A DNA stretch of 64,000 bases, taken from positions 1,364,001 to 1,428,000 of the forward strand of contig OX597823.1 of the NCBI GenBank assembly GCA_951406725.2, given 5' to 3'. The stretch is from Octopus vulgaris (Eukaryota). Of the stretch, positions 24,016 through 39,219 are shown one piece after another. The notes under the pieces were generated by a model, which saw only the letters and a list, made by a program, of their open reading frames with translations, did not search any database and had not been told where the DNA came from. The stretch's first letter is position 1. Each line of letters begins with the position of its first letter. A program made the position numbers and the translations under genes.

Positions 24016-25432
24016 CATACATACATGCATATGCACATTTGTATGTATGTATGTTTATACGTGAGAAGAACAATTAAACAGAGAATGTCAGAGCAGTAGA
24101 GAAAGAAAGAGAGCAGCAGGAGTGTAATATTCACAGAGGAAATGATTTTTAGGATAAGAATCTTCCATGATTGTGTGAAGGGCGGGTGGGGAAGCGTTAT
24201 GCAAGTTTCGTTTATTTATTTTTACATTTTCGTTTGAAGATTGAACTAAACGGATTGCAAGAAATGGAGAAATTATTTCGAATGAGTTTGTTAAATTGAT
24301 TCAGTTATTTAATTAATATTGTCATAAAAGCTTTCCTGAGCCCGTGTACTTCTCTAGTAACTGTTTGCTTTTTATTATGGAATAAAGGTAAAGGTTTTAC
24401 AAATGAAGACGATTACAAGATTTGCTTTTACAGCGTTAGTTTCGTAAGAAGTACAAACGATAAAACTGTTGTTTTGCTTAGTATCGTTTCAATATGGCTA
24501 CGTTTGGAAAGGAAGGAGGACGACATATATGACTTTTGGATTGAGGATAGGGAGAGGAATAGAAAAGAGAGACAGACAAACAAAGACAGAGAGAAAGAGA
24601 GAGAATTGATAGAAAATCTCATTTCCTTATGCTGGTAATGCTGTACATGTTATTAATGTAGTTGTAGTGGTGGTGGCAGTGGTGGTGGCGGCAGCGGCGG
24701 TGGCGACGGTGGCGGTGGTGGTGGCGGTGGTGGCTGTGGTGGTTATGTGGTGGTGGTGGTGGCGGTGTCGGTAGCGGCGGCAGCGGTGGCGGCGGTGGTG
24801 GTTGTGATGGTGGTTAGCTGACGGTTGTGGTGATATCTCGTTATTGTATCGTTTTCACGGTTGAGTAATCCGGGGCGTCTTTATCCGGATGCATTTCTAG
24901 AAATGCTTTTGGGGCGTAACTGACGTATGCAATTTTAAGAGAACAGACTTGTTGGTTTCAAAGAATATTAAATTGGTAGAAAGATCAGTTCCAGAGTAGG
25001 AAGGATGATAATATTAGATGGCTGACACCTATTTTCAGCATTTCTTTTTAAAACTGTGCCATTATATTCGTAAACTATCGCATTAGAGTTCTAAACCATG
25101 GAATTAAATTTGTAAAACATGGCCATAATTGTGACGAAAAATTCAGCATATTTCAACAGTTGATGCTTAATTTGAAGTATTATTTGGAGAATAGAAATTT
25201 TGTTTGTTCATTTTTCTTTTGACTTGAAATAAAAACAAATTCACATTGAAAGAAACATTTATTTATTAAAGGAAACATTTACATATCTATTTTTTTCTGT
25301 TTCTTATTGTTGCCAGTGTTTAATATGTTATTTACATAATGAGATATTTTTATAACTGAAGATCTGATAGAATTGTCTTTCATAGTATCAGAGGATATAA
25401 GATATTGTCTCTGCCTGTTTATAGTTGTTACT

Positions 25433-25950
<518 letters not shown>

Positions 25951-25957
25951 AACTCAG

Positions 25958-26000
<43 letters not shown>

Positions 26001-26001
<1 letters not shown>

Positions 26002-26093
26002 AGCAGTAAAGTAGCAGAATCGTTAGCACGCCGGGCTAAGTGCTTAGCGGTATTTCGTCCGTCTTTACGTTCTGAGTTCAAACTCTGCCGATT
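26001..26093 (+). mobile_element. Family 1 SINE head only
   Basis: gcagaatcgttagcacgccggg...gagttcaaactctgccga, then an abrupt switch to L1/Tx1 sequence. Confidence 0.8.
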
Positions 26094-26094
26094 T

Positions 26095-27448
26095 CCCGAT
26101 CGGTCCGTCAAGAGTGCTCTCTCTCTCTTCCCTTCTGTACGTATTACGGAAACTTGAGCTGTTGTAGGGCATCCCGCTCGAACCGGGACGTGGAAGGGCT
26201 CTGCTGGCTTTTTCAGGCAACATCACCATGATGGTGTCGAACACCTCAGAAATCGAGGTGGTCTGCACATCATTCGAGGAATATGAAAAGTTGATAGGAG
26301 CAAAACTTAACCCGGAAAAGTCGGTGGGCTTGGAGCTTGGCACCTGAAGAGGCACGTCCATGCCGTCCAACAGCGCTATTGGGTGCTGGACGGACTGACC
26401 GTTAAAGTTGCTTGGGGTATGGTTCGTACCAGACCTCCAGGTAGATAAGAAATGGGATAAGGTGACCAACAGAGTAGCCGGTCTCACCCAGAAATGGGCT
26501 GCAAGGAAGCTGTCACTGAAAGGTCGAGCGGAAGTAATGAATGCGAACATCGCGTCCGTCATCTACTTCCGCCTGACCTTTGTGCCTTATCCTCGTTCGG
26601 GCCTCGCCAAGTTGGAGTGCCTCATTTTCAAATTCTTCTGGAGTGGACAGATTCCATTGATGAGGCGATCCATTTGTTGCCAGCACCCTCTACATGCGTA
26701 GACATGCGCTGAGGCTGTGGCATCACCAGATATTCTGCGTAAACGCAGAACAGGCGTTTGTCACCGTTTGTCAAACAGGCCTTTCCCCAGCTCGTCTCCT
26801 TGACTGAGCTGCAGTCCTGAATCAAAAAGAGACCCAGGCAGGGTGACCGGTATCTGAAATGTTGCCAGGCATTTACTGCCCTCTATCAACTGGAAAAATC
26901 GGTCAGTGGAACATCCACTCTTGATTTCTATAGAGGGTTAGTGGTGGAAAAATTCGGTGGCACACTTGGAGAGGCACTGGGCGTTGATGAAGTCGAACTG
27001 ACCAGTCTCTTCCGGTGGACTTTCGATCCTCGGATGATGGATAACTTCCAGAAATTCCTCATTTGGCAGTGCTATGGGGGAGCCCTGCTGGTTCGAGATA
27101 AACTCTACAGGCACGAAGTGCTGTCAGACAAACCCGCCCGAGATGCGCGTAGAGCAACGAAACCGTTCTGCACGCTCTCATCTTGTGCCCATGCATTACT
27201 GACTTGTGGAATTATATCGAATAGTTGTCGCATGTAGGACGGATCCGGTTATCGGTAGGGTCCATTGTGAAGATTGACCCGCCGCTTTCCTTTGGCCACG
27301 AAAGGCAGGCAATTTTTCCCTGTCTGGTAGTAGTAGCGAAAGAGGTTGTATGGTGTACCAGGTTGAAAAGACTGAAGACGGACACCTTTCTCTTCGGCCA
27401 ATTCCACATGAAGCCTTTTCAAATGTCACTTGGAAAGGAAGATGAGGG

Positions 27449-27501
<53 letters not shown>

Positions 27502-27829
27502 GCTGCATGGTAGTACATTTGCTGAAAGGTGGCTGAATGTAACGAGAATGGCACGTGCAGGTGGACCTACGCTAATAATGTGCCTGTGGGCTGGTGAAAT
27601 TGAGGTGTACCTTTCCCAAGTACCCTCTAAGCGTTGGTTGAGGTACCTGAGCCAATCCTAGGTGGTCACCCCCACCCCATTGGGGAACTCTCATTGCTAT
27701 ATTTTGCTTCTTTAATGTTTATTGTTATTGTTTTTCCTAATTGTTTACTCGCTGTTTTGTGTAAAAGCCCTACTCTCCCCACCTGCTGTATTGTCCCCTA
27801 TATGTCGGCCCTTGTGGCCGATAAATGAA
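26095..27829 (+). mobile_element. Degenerate 5'-truncated L1/Tx1-like non-LTR retrotransposon
   Basis: YEKLIGAKLNPEKS, LLGVWF.PDLQ, W..RKLSLKGRAEV.N and AKEVVWCTRL. Ends in ataaatgaa plus (ATT)n, with many stops. Confidence 0.85.
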
Positions 27830-27891
<62 letters not shown>

Positions 27892-28188
27892 CTGTGCTTC
27901 GCCCTTGTATAAGCATAATCTTAGAGCTGGAAGGAACGGTGATACTCACATGTATTCTCGCGAAATGGCGCAGACATTTCTACCAAAATAAACAATAAAT
28001 ACACTTGTGATGTGTTGTCCACAGAAAAATAACGCGGATCTGTTGTGTGTGAAGCTAGATTTATTGCATAAAAATCGTCAAAGAACACCATGCCTCCCCC
28101 CCACACACACACGCGCGCATTTTCGTTTTTGTTATTTGCAATGTTTTAGTTTATTTGTTGTTGTCAATGATGTTGATAGCGTTATTTC

Positions 28189-28219
<31 letters not shown>

Positions 28220-28955
28220 GCTGTTGTTGTTGCTGTTGTTGTTATGCAGCTTTGCATCCTTAATATCATAAGTAGTCGTTTGCTACTTGAATCTATTTAC
28301 ACTTAGATATTCATCTATTTCATGTTGAATCGATACCCACCACCACCGCCGCCGCCGCCACCACCACTACCACCACCACCACCACCATTCTACTGTATTA
28401 GTAACGTTGTTGCATACGTCATTGAACCGTTGTTATTATTGCTGTTGTTGTTGTTGTTGTTGTCGCTATATCATGTGTTGCTTTCGCTGTTTGTTCCTAT
28501 CACTTAACTTTCTTTTTTATACCACAAAACTCTCCGCTTCCCTAATTTGTACTTACATCCATCAAACTCTTTATCTCATCGTGCATATCACACAATGCTT
28601 CTACACATCTCTCACACACACACACACACACACATGTATATTGTATATCTTCCTCCATTATTTAGTCTCTCTCTCTCTGTCTCTCTCCCTCTCTTCCCCT
28701 CCCTCTCTCTGTCTCTCTCCTCCTTCCCAACATTTTTTTTACCTCATCAACCGTGAAGTTTACAGCAACATTGCCGTACCGATTCGTTGATATTTGCTCA
28801 CTAAACCGTGAACCCCTCCGAGGTTTAAAGACTCACATCTGCGCATGTTTCCACTCTATACTAAATAAGCTCTTGGATAAATATGCACGCATGCACAAAG
28901 ATACGATATAAGCATAAATTCAGAGATATACGAATGCATGCATTTCATATAAATG

Positions 28956-29063
<108 letters not shown>

Positions 29064-29267
29064 CATACATATATACATACATATATATATACATATATAC
29101 ATGTATATATGCATGTATGTATTTATATATATATATATGTATATATGTAGGCATATATATATATATATGTGTGTGTGTGTGTATATATATGTATATATAC
29201 GTGTGTGTGTGTGTATATATTTATGTATGCATGTATATATATATATGTATATATGTATGTGTGTATG

Positions 29268-29328
<61 letters not shown>

Positions 29329-29380
29329 AAGCAAACAGGTTATCTTAAAGGTAGCATGTTTGCGAATGTCTTTTGTATGT

Positions 29381-29530
29381 ATTACTCTTAAACAACAATA
29401 TTATTGACACAGTGAGATCGAAGTTTCGGCTAGTTGAGCCACTGCTTCGGCTATGTAAGGCCGTCCGACGATGAAACAACTGGCTGAGACTTAGAAGTCA
29501 CTGTCAATAATATTCTTTTTCAAGAATAAT
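29381..29530 (+). repeat. 150-nt fold-back (MITE-like) element
   Basis: aatattattgac..agtga/tcactgtcaataatatt and aagtttcggctagttg/caactggctgagactt. Confidence 0.8.
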
Positions 29531-29614
29531 AAATCTGTACTCTAGAAAAGTAGAGAGTAATCAATCTATCAGATTAATGTAAAACTGTTTATAACTGAAC
29601 ATAAAAATATATAT

Positions 29615-29671
<57 letters not shown>

Positions 29672-29829
29672 TGAGTGCGCTCGCGCGAGCACGTATAATC
29701 GCAAACAGGCGATCTTAAAGATAACGTGTCCGCGTTGGTATATGCTGATTACTTCATACACTTTCTGTCTATATACCCATATAACATATGTATGTATGTA
29801 CTGTCATCATTGATCGCGAAGCACTAAAC

Positions 29830-30000
29830 CGTTTTCTATTTTCTCTCTGTTTATTTCTGTGTTCCTTTCTGTTGAAGAGCGTAGGCTCGAAATGTAAAAG
29901 ACTCTCACTTCCCGAGCATTAAACTAATACATCTGTTTGTTGTTTACACACCAGTCTTCATCTTTTGTTTTGTTTTGCTTTTTTGGAAATTCCAACTATG
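29830..30000 (+). mobile_element. Second copy of the 23760-23910 repeat
   Basis: Direct sequence similarity. Confidence 0.75.
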
Positions 30001-30019
30001 TACGTATGTATGTATGTAT

Positions 30020-32750
30020 TATGTACGTTACCAATACCATGTTTCAACAAAAGAATAAGCTTAAGACTACATGGATGCACCCTGCATCTAAAGAATGGCA
30101 TATTCTGGATTACATCCTAGTTAGGGTGCGTGACAGTCAGGATGTGCAGTGTGTTCGTGTTCTTCGTGGAGCTGAGTGTTGGACTGACCACCGCCTAGTA
30201 CGTGCAAAAGTGAAATTAGTCACAAAACATAAAATCCGAGCTGCAGGGATGACCCTGCCTAAAAGACTGAATCTTGATCGTCTTAGGTATAATAGTGTGA
30301 AGAGAACTTTACGAGAGGAAATGAATGCTGCAGATATTGGGGAGGATTGGCCGGCCCTTAAAAAGTCAGTTTATGATATAGGCAAAAAAAGTTCTGGGAT
30401 TGATACAAAGAAAGCATCAATATTGGTTCAAAGAAAATGATGAACATAAAGATGGTTTATTGGCTGATAAAAGACGTACTTTGTCACGCTATTTGTCAGC
30501 AAAGTCACAGGAAAGGGAAGTGTTGCATAGGGAACTCAAGGACATAAAATCACGTGTGAGGCAAAGGCTCTCTCAGATGAGGGATACGTGGTGGAGTAAG
30601 AAGGCTGACGAGATACAGGCGGCATCAGATTCCAATAACACAAAGCTGTGGTATAGTCTCTTGCGAGAAGTTTATGGACCGACGTCTTCCCTGATGACAC
30701 CAATTCGAAGCAGGGATGGTAAAGAACTTCTTCGTGATTCACAAGGAATTCTGCGAAGGTGGCAAGGACATTTTGATGAACTTTTGAATCAGCATTCTGT
30801 AGTTAGTGAGGATGTTCTCAATCTCATCCCTGGATGGCCTGTGAAGGCAGCACTCGCAGAACCACCAAAGAAGTTGCAATGGCTGTCTCAAGGTTGAATA
30901 ATGGGAAGTCTCCGGGTATGGATGGCATACATGCGGAGTTGTTACCACATGGTGGTGAGAAAATTCTGCAGAAACTTCACTCTTTGTTTGGTATGGTATG
31001 GACTAGTGAATCTGTACCTGAAGACTGGAGAGATGCAGTAATGGTGGTCCTATATAAGGGTAAGGGCAACATTGTGGTAATTATAGGGGAATATCATTGC
31101 TGTCTGCTGTAGGAAAGGTTTTATGCAGGATACTTCTGGACCGTCTGCTGAAATACATTACTGATTGTGTTCTTCCAGAAAGTCAATTTGGCTTTCATGT
31201 GGGATGCGGCACTGCTGATATGATCTTTTCAGCTAGACAGCTTCAGGAAAAGTGTGTGGAACAGGGTCTGGATTTGTATCAGGTGTTTGTCGATCTGACA
31301 AAAGCCTTTGATACCGTCAATAGAAAAGCATTGTGGAAAGTCCTCCAGAAACTTGGGTGTCCTGAAAAGTTCCTTGCTTTGGTTAGGTCTTTTCATGAAG
31401 ACATTAATGGTAGGGTGAATGTTAGAGGGAAGATGTCGGAGCCCATTTCAATACAAAATGGAGTGAAACAGGGGGATATTCTGGCATCGACCCTATTTTC
31501 CATATATTTCGCGATGGTGTTCTGTATTGCATTCAGAGACTGCAGATACGGTTTTTACGTCCATTATCGAACCTCTGGCAGCATATTTAATATCAGGCGC
31601 CTTGCTGCAAAAACAAAGATATTTACCTCTATCATAAGAGACCTTTTGTATGCTGATGATTGTGAGCTAGTAGCACACACAGAGATTGATATGCAACACA
31701 TTTTGAATGCATTCTCTGATGCTTGCACTGCCTTAGGATTGACAGTCAATCTCAAGAAAACTGTTGTCATGCATCAACCTACCCCTAGTAAGCAGTATAG
31801 TGTACCAAATATCTATGTGAATAGTAAACGACTTGATGTAGTCGATCAGTTTGTCTACCTGGGAAGCACTATTAATAGATATGTCAATTTGGATGATAAA
31901 ATTCCATATAGAATTAGGAAAGCAAGTGTTGCTTTCGGAAGGCTAGAAAAGCGCCTCTGGAGTCGGCGAGACATGCAGAAAGACAAAGATAAAGGTGTAC
32001 AAGGCATGTGTGCTCCCTTCTCTTCTCTATGTCTGCGAGACGTGGGTCACATATCGATACCACCTTAAACATCTGGAACGTTTCCATCAGACGGATCTAT
32101 GGCATTAAGTGGAAGGACCGCATCAGTGATCTTGAAATATTGGAAGGCTCTCGGTGTGAAAGTATAGAAGCTCTTGTGTTAAAGCAAAGGCTCAGATGGA
32201 GTGGTCATCTGGTCTGGATGAAGGATTCAAGGATGCCAAAACAATTCTTTTTTGGAGAGTTAGCTAAAGGAGAACGACCTCCACATAAACCAAAAAAGAG
32301 GTATAAGGACTTGCTGAAGGCTTCCTTAAGAGATGCTTGCATCTCTCCTGACACATGGGAAGGCATAGCTATTGATCGTAGCAGGTGGAGAAGGATTGTG
32401 CATGAGGGGACAGCCACGTTTGAGAAATCTCGAGTTGCACATGAGAAAGTAAGGAGGGATGTCAGGAAGGGCATCGCTGTTAGACTTCCAGAAGGGAAGG
32501 GTCGTCCTTTGATTCTGACATGCAATGTCTGTGCAAGACCCTGCCTCGGTAAAACTGAACTCATGAGTCATCTTCGTAGTCATAAAACGAGACAGATGAG
32601 TGACAACCTGGCCACTGGTGGTGGTGTAACACACCATACTAATCATATCTGTCGGGCATGTGGAAGGGAGTGTAATTCGGCAGGAGGACTTAAACGACAT
32701 GCAAAGGTACATGAAGCCCAGTTACAACTACAGCCGGCTATTACCGGCTA
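30020..32750 (+). mobile_element. 5'-truncated RTE-clade LINE (end of APE, RT, two C-terminal C2H2 fingers), frameshifted
   Basis: TWMHP..ILDY..TDHRLV, KSPGMDGI, PESQFGF, FVDLTKAFD, GVKQG, LYADD, YLGS, RLRWSGH, CNVC..HLRSH and CRAC..HAKVH. Confidence 0.93.
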
Positions 32751-34572
32751 TGAATGTATGTATGTATGTATGTATGTATGTATGTATGTATGTATGTATG
32801 TATGTATGAATGTATGTATGAATGTATGTATGTATGTATGTATGTATGTATGTATGTATGTATGAATGTATGTATGTATGTATGTATGAATGTATGTATG
32901 TATGTATGTATGTATGTATGTATGTATGTATGTATGTATGTATGTATGTATGAATGTATGTATGTATGTATGTATGTATGTATGAATGTATGTATGTATG
33001 TATGTATGAATGTATGTATGCATGTATGTATGCATGTATGTATGTATGAATGTATGTATGTATGAAAATATGTATGTATGTATGTATGTATGTATGAATG
33101 TATGTATGTATGTATGTATGTGTGTATGTATGTATGTATGTATGTATGTATGTATGTATGTATGTATGTATGTATGTATGTATGTATGTATGTATGTATG
33201 TATGTATGTATGAATGTATGTATGTATGTATGTATGTATGTGTGTATGTATGAATGTATGTATGTATGTATGTATGTATGTATGAATGTATGTATGTATG
33301 TATGTATGTATGTATGTATGTATGAATGTATGTATGAATGTATGTATGTATGTATGTATGTATGTATGTATGTATGTATGTATGTATGTATGTATGTATG
33401 TATGTATGTATGTATGTATGTATGTATGTATGTATGTATGTATGTATGTATGTATGTATGTGTGTATGTATGTATGTATGTATGTATGTGTGTATGTGTG
33501 TATGTGTGTATGTATGTATGTATGTATGTATGTATGTATGTATGTATGTATGTATGTATGTATGTATGTATGAATGTATGTATGTATGAATGTATGTATG
33601 TGTGTATGTATGTGTGTATGTATGTATGTATGTATGTATGAATGTATGTATGTATGTATGTATGTATGTATGTATGAATGTATGTATGTATGTATGTATG
33701 AATGTATGTATGTATGTATGTATGTGTGTATGTATGTATGTATGTATGTATGTATGTATGTATGTATGTATGTATGTATGAATGTATGTATGAATGTATG
33801 TATGTATGTATGTATGTATGTATGTATGTATGTATGAATGTATGTATGTATGAATGTATGTATGTATGTATGTATGTGTGTATGTATGTATGTGTGTATG
33901 TATGTATGTATGTATGTATGTATGTATGTATGTATGAATGTATGTATGTATGTATGTATGTATGTATGTATGTATGTATGTGTGTATGTATGTGTGTATG
34001 TGTGTATGTATGTATGAATGTATGTATGTATGTGTGTATGTGTGTATGTATGTATGTATGTGTGTATGTGTGTATATGTGTATGTATGTATGTATGTATG
34101 TATGTATGTATGTGTGTATGTATGTATGTATGTATGTATGTATGTATGTATGTATGTATGTATGTATGTATGTATGTATGTATGTATGTATGTATGTATG
34201 TATGTATGTATGTGTGTATGTATGTATGTATGTATGTATGTATGTATGTATGTATGTATGTATGTATGTATGTATGTATGTATGTATGTATGTATGTATG
34301 TATGTATGTATGTATGTATGTATGTGTGTATGTGTGTATGTGTGTATGTATGTATGTATGTATGTATGTATGTATTGTGTATGTGTGTATGTGTGTATGT
34401 GTGTATGTATGTATGTATGTATGTATATATGTATGTATGTGTGTATGTATGTATGTGTGTATGTATGTATGTATGTATGTATGTATGTATGTATGTATGT
34501 ATGTATGTATGTATGTATGTATGTGTGTATGTATGTATGTATGTATGTATGTATGTATGTATGTATGTATGT
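32749..34572. repeat. About 1.8 kb (TATG)n array
   Basis: Directly visible, with GAAT and TGTG variants. Confidence 0.98.
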
Positions 34573-34869
34573 TTCTGTGTGTAGATTGTCTACTGTCTGC
34601 CTTTTCCTTTCCATTCATATAAATGTTCTCTTATTTGCAAAATTCAACACAATTCGTTTTTATTTTCCCATGCTCAGTATTATTATTCAGACATATTTAT
34701 TTTGCTTGTGTCATTTTGTGGACAACAACTTCATTGTTTGCAGATTTACAACAAACCAGTATTTGATTCATTCCATTTACGATCACCAGAATAAAAAGGG
34801 ATTATCGATGTAGCTAGGGTGGAGTAAACATGGTAAAGGGTTTTATTGATCTTTCCGTCTATGTCGATT

Positions 34870-35365
34870 TATATCACTGAGTGATACACACACACATGTT
34901 ATGATCGGCGGAAACCACTCAAGCCCAGCAAAGTCACCAGTAGTATCCCGCAGGGGTCTGTCTTTGGTCCGCTTCTGTTCATAGTCTATATAAACGACTT
35001 TTCTCACGTCATAAATCACAGCAAAGTGAAAATATTCCCTGATGACTCTAAGCTTCACAAAATCATCAACGGAGACGAAGACCGAAATGAACTCCAATCG
35101 GATCTCCATGCTGTGAGTCAATGGGCAGACAAAAACAAAATGCAACTAAACGAGGGAAAATTTGAGCTGATGCATTTTGGAAGAAAGACTCTGCTAAAAC
35201 AACCATACTCTCTTTCTTCAAGGGAACCACTTACAACATCTAATATCAGAGACGTAGGAGTAATTGTTGATAAAAATCTTGGAGTACCAACATCATCAAT
35301 AAAGTCGATATAGCTCGTAGAGTGAGTTCCTGGATCCTAAGAACCTTCCGGTCCAGAGAACAAGG
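34870..35365 (+). pseudogene. CR1/Jockey-group LINE RT fragment
   Basis: VTSSIPQGS...LLFIVYIND...KIFPDDSKL...LQSDL...W...NKMQLN..K...IRDVGVIVD. Confidence 0.85.
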
Positions 35366-37815
35366 TGTTTCAGGATTTTACTGGAAAGTTTAAAAGAAAA
35401 ATCTTTGGGTGGCGTTGATTCATAATTTTAATGCGATTTAAAATTTTTTATTGTTTGTGCAGATTCAGTCAAAATTACCAACTTTATGCATATTTTCAAA
35501 AACTGATTGCTGTCTCTGACAAAGATGAATGATTGCCGCATCTATTCTCGAAAGTGAATTACACATGATTAAAGATTATCATCGTTAACTTTATTTCTGC
35601 GGATTTATATTTCATTTGGCTTCCAGTGAATGTCCCCAGGTTAAATGTACTTAATCAGGACTGACAATCTAAATCTAGCAGCCAAATGTCTCTGAAAGTA
35701 CACTTCTGCTGAACGTAAGAAAAAAAAAGGAGCTATTGGATAAAATAATCTCAGATAAACTCTGTAAAAACTTTGTGGTCATGGCTGGAATGCCTTTGAT
35801 CTCAGGTTTGATTAGAAATTATCCGGAGCTAAACAACATCTGCAAAGTATAGCTAATCTATTCTATATTTTAATAAACAACATTTATCTAGCTGAAATTT
35901 ACACGCTATGTTTTTCATAATATACAAACTGTTTCTAACCTTCGCAATACCTATTTTAATTGAATCGATAGCCACAGATTCGATATAACTAGTCAACTAG
36001 TTAGAATTAGTCACTTAGCATCTTTAACCATAGCTAGTCAGACAATCTATAACGTGCATCTCTAATATTCACATGATGAGTCTATATCGCCAATCTATAC
36101 TTACTCCCTCGGGGAAATCGGGTTCAGTGGCGAGAACTGGTTGTAATTGTTCACTTGTTGCTTAAGAGCTGTCGGGAGATGCCTTCCCTACAAATTCCCA
36201 CTTGAACCGTTAAATATATTGAGCTTCTATTATCAACCGATATAAATCTCCATTACTTTCAATGTTGGTATTTGCACAGTAGTTTGTCATAAACATCTCA
36301 AGGACTTGTAATTATTTACCGTAAGCTCTTTATACCGTTCCTAAGAAATAAGACCTTGTGATTGAGTTAATGATATTCTATATCGATTACGATTTCTATA
36401 ATTAGCTCAGATCTTTTGCCAATCAGCAAATTTCCCTTCCTTTTCATAAAAACTGATGATCGGCGAAAATATAGAAAATATATAGATATCATCTGTCCAC
36501 TTTTTTACTAAGATTAGCATATTGAATTCTCTAAATAAATAAACGTTTATCGTACTTAAATGGGGGACCCTTCACCAAATGCCTCTTCTTTTAATTGAAG
36601 TCTATTTCTATCTGCCTCCTGTTTTCTCTTCTTTCTAAATCATTATTTCATTTCATTGTACTTTTTCTCTCTTCACTCTCTTTCGTCTCTTTTCTCTCAT
36701 TTATTCTAGACTTCTTTTCTAACACCACCAGGTATTTTCTTTATTCGTTTTCTTTTTTCTTCCCATCGGTTTTTTTTTTCTTTTTTGCTATTAAGCTGTT
36801 ACCCTCCCCCCATTCTCCTGTTTTCCTCCAACCAGACATCTTCTTTTTAATATCTTCCTCTTTGCTCCGTCGCCATTTCTCTTCTCCTCCCGACCATTTT
36901 TTACATTCTTACATCATTCTCTCTCGCTTCCTCCACCATTTTCCTTCCTTTCCCACTCTATTCTACTTATTTACATCTTCTTACCTTTCTTCATCATTAT
37001 TTTCTTCCTTCTCTCTTCATCACTTCCCTTCTTTTAGTTTTTTTTCTCTCCTGTTCTCTTCTCTTTACTAAATTCACGACTTCTCTTCATCTTCCCTCTC
37101 TCCCCTTCATTCCATTCGCTGCCCTCATCCTACGCCCCCACATTTCGCCTTATAAACTCTCTCTCTCTTTCTCCCTCTATCCATCCACCTGTTAATGCCA
37201 ACCTCTTCTTTTAACTACTTCTCTTCCATTGTTAGCTTAATGGACTCCAGTTAGCTTCACCAAGTTGAACTCTTTAAAACATGAAATTTCTTTTCATTCA
37301 ACAGGACCTGTGCGAGGCAGAACTTTTCTTCTTAAATAATAATACCTTGATTGACTTTTACTCACCCATCTCTCTCTCTGTCTCTCACTCACTCACTCAC
37401 TCACTCACTCACTCACTCACTCACTCACTCACTCACTCACTCACTCACTCACTCACTCACTCACTCTCGCTCTCTCTCGCTCGCTTCCATTTTCATGCGT
37501 ATATCAGTTCAGTGACTGTTATCTAGCTATCTGTCTGTCTGTCTGCCTGTCTATCTGTCTATCTGTCTGTGTATATATATGTGTGTGTTTATATGTATGT
37601 ATATATATATATATATATGTGTGTGTTTATATGTATGTATATGTATATATATGTGTGTGTTTATATGTATGTATATGTATATATATGTGTGTGTTTATAT
37701 GTATGTATGTATATGTATATATATATATATATATTATAATAATAATAATAATAATAATGAAATTATTGTATACAGTTCTCAGGTGCACCACAACTTGTCA
37801 AAAAGTGCGCATAAA

Positions 37816-37866
<51 letters not shown>

Positions 37867-37989
37867 TTTAAGGAACAGAACCGCCATAAAGTAATTCAAT
37901 TAATAATGAAAGATAATATCTATAATAAAATATAAATTTAAATATATTATTAATATTATACTAAAAATTACTGTACTATATAATACACA

Positions 37990-38037
<48 letters not shown>

Positions 38038-38146
38038 TACATAGATACATGTACATGTGTATCTGTGCATACTTATAAATATATCTGTATGTATACATAC
38101 ACACACACACATATATACATATATATATAAACATTTATACATAATC

Positions 38147-38187
<41 letters not shown>

Positions 38188-38824
38188 CTGCATTATCACC
38201 TCTCTCTCTCTCTCTCTCTTTCTCAAACACCCACCTAATCATTCCTCAATCACTCAATCTATTCCTTCTCACTCTCCTCCCTCTCTCTCCCCCTCTCCCT
38301 TATATCATGTCATCCCATCCCAAACCCCTTCCTTACGTCTTCCTCACTTCTCAGCCTCTCTTTCCTATTTATGCTAATCTCCTCTCATTTCTAATCCTTC
38401 CTTACTTTCTCTTAACATTTCACTCACTCCTTTCCTTTCATTATCCATTCGTCTTCTCATTGTCTCCTCTCTCTCTTCTTCCATTTCTTTCGTAAAGTAC
38501 CTCTCTCTCTCTCCATTCTTCCCTCTCTCCCTCTCTCTCACTCTTCTCTTATTTTCTCCATCTCTTTTCTCTCTCACCCACCATATTTTCCCTCCTTTCT
38601 TATCTTCTTCCACAAATCACTCTCTTCCTTGTTTTCTTTGTTTGTTTGCTTCTTTCTTTCTTTCTTTCTTTCTTTCATCCCTTTTCCTCTCTTTGTCCTT
38701 TGACTTTCTCTTTTTTCCTCTCTTCCTCTCTTTCTCTCTCTCTCTCTCTCCCTGTCTCTCTCTCTATCAATCTGTTAACCATTTCCAGAACGAAGCTATT
38801 TTCTCCTACGCACTCATCTCATAC

Positions 38825-38882
<58 letters not shown>

Positions 38883-39219
38883 GTCTGTCTGTCTGTATGT
38901 CTGTCTGTCTGTCTGTCTCTTCATCACGCCACCTACATTTATATTTAACGCAACAATCGACTTAAAAAGTTTTCAGAGATCAAAACCAAAACATATTTTG
39001 CTAGAAATAGATGCCACCTGCTGTAAAGGTCACTCAGGGACCAGATCACCGCATTCACCTTCCACCATATCACGATTATGATCATTTTCATCCTCCTCAT
39101 CTGCCTCCTCCACCACCTCCACATCATCATCATTATTATCATCACATACACCACCGCCGCCACCTCTACCACTAATATTGTTATTCGCATTGCCGTCAGT
39201 GCAAACAACTGTTTCTAAT

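Noticed and set aside
24891-24906. 16-bp palindrome gcatttctagaaatgc (HSE-like core)
   Set aside because: Only two nGAAn units and no associated gene. A chance occurrence is plausible.
36595-38800. Hydrophobic F/S/L-rich ORFs
   Set aside because: They derive from low-complexity polypyrimidine tracts.
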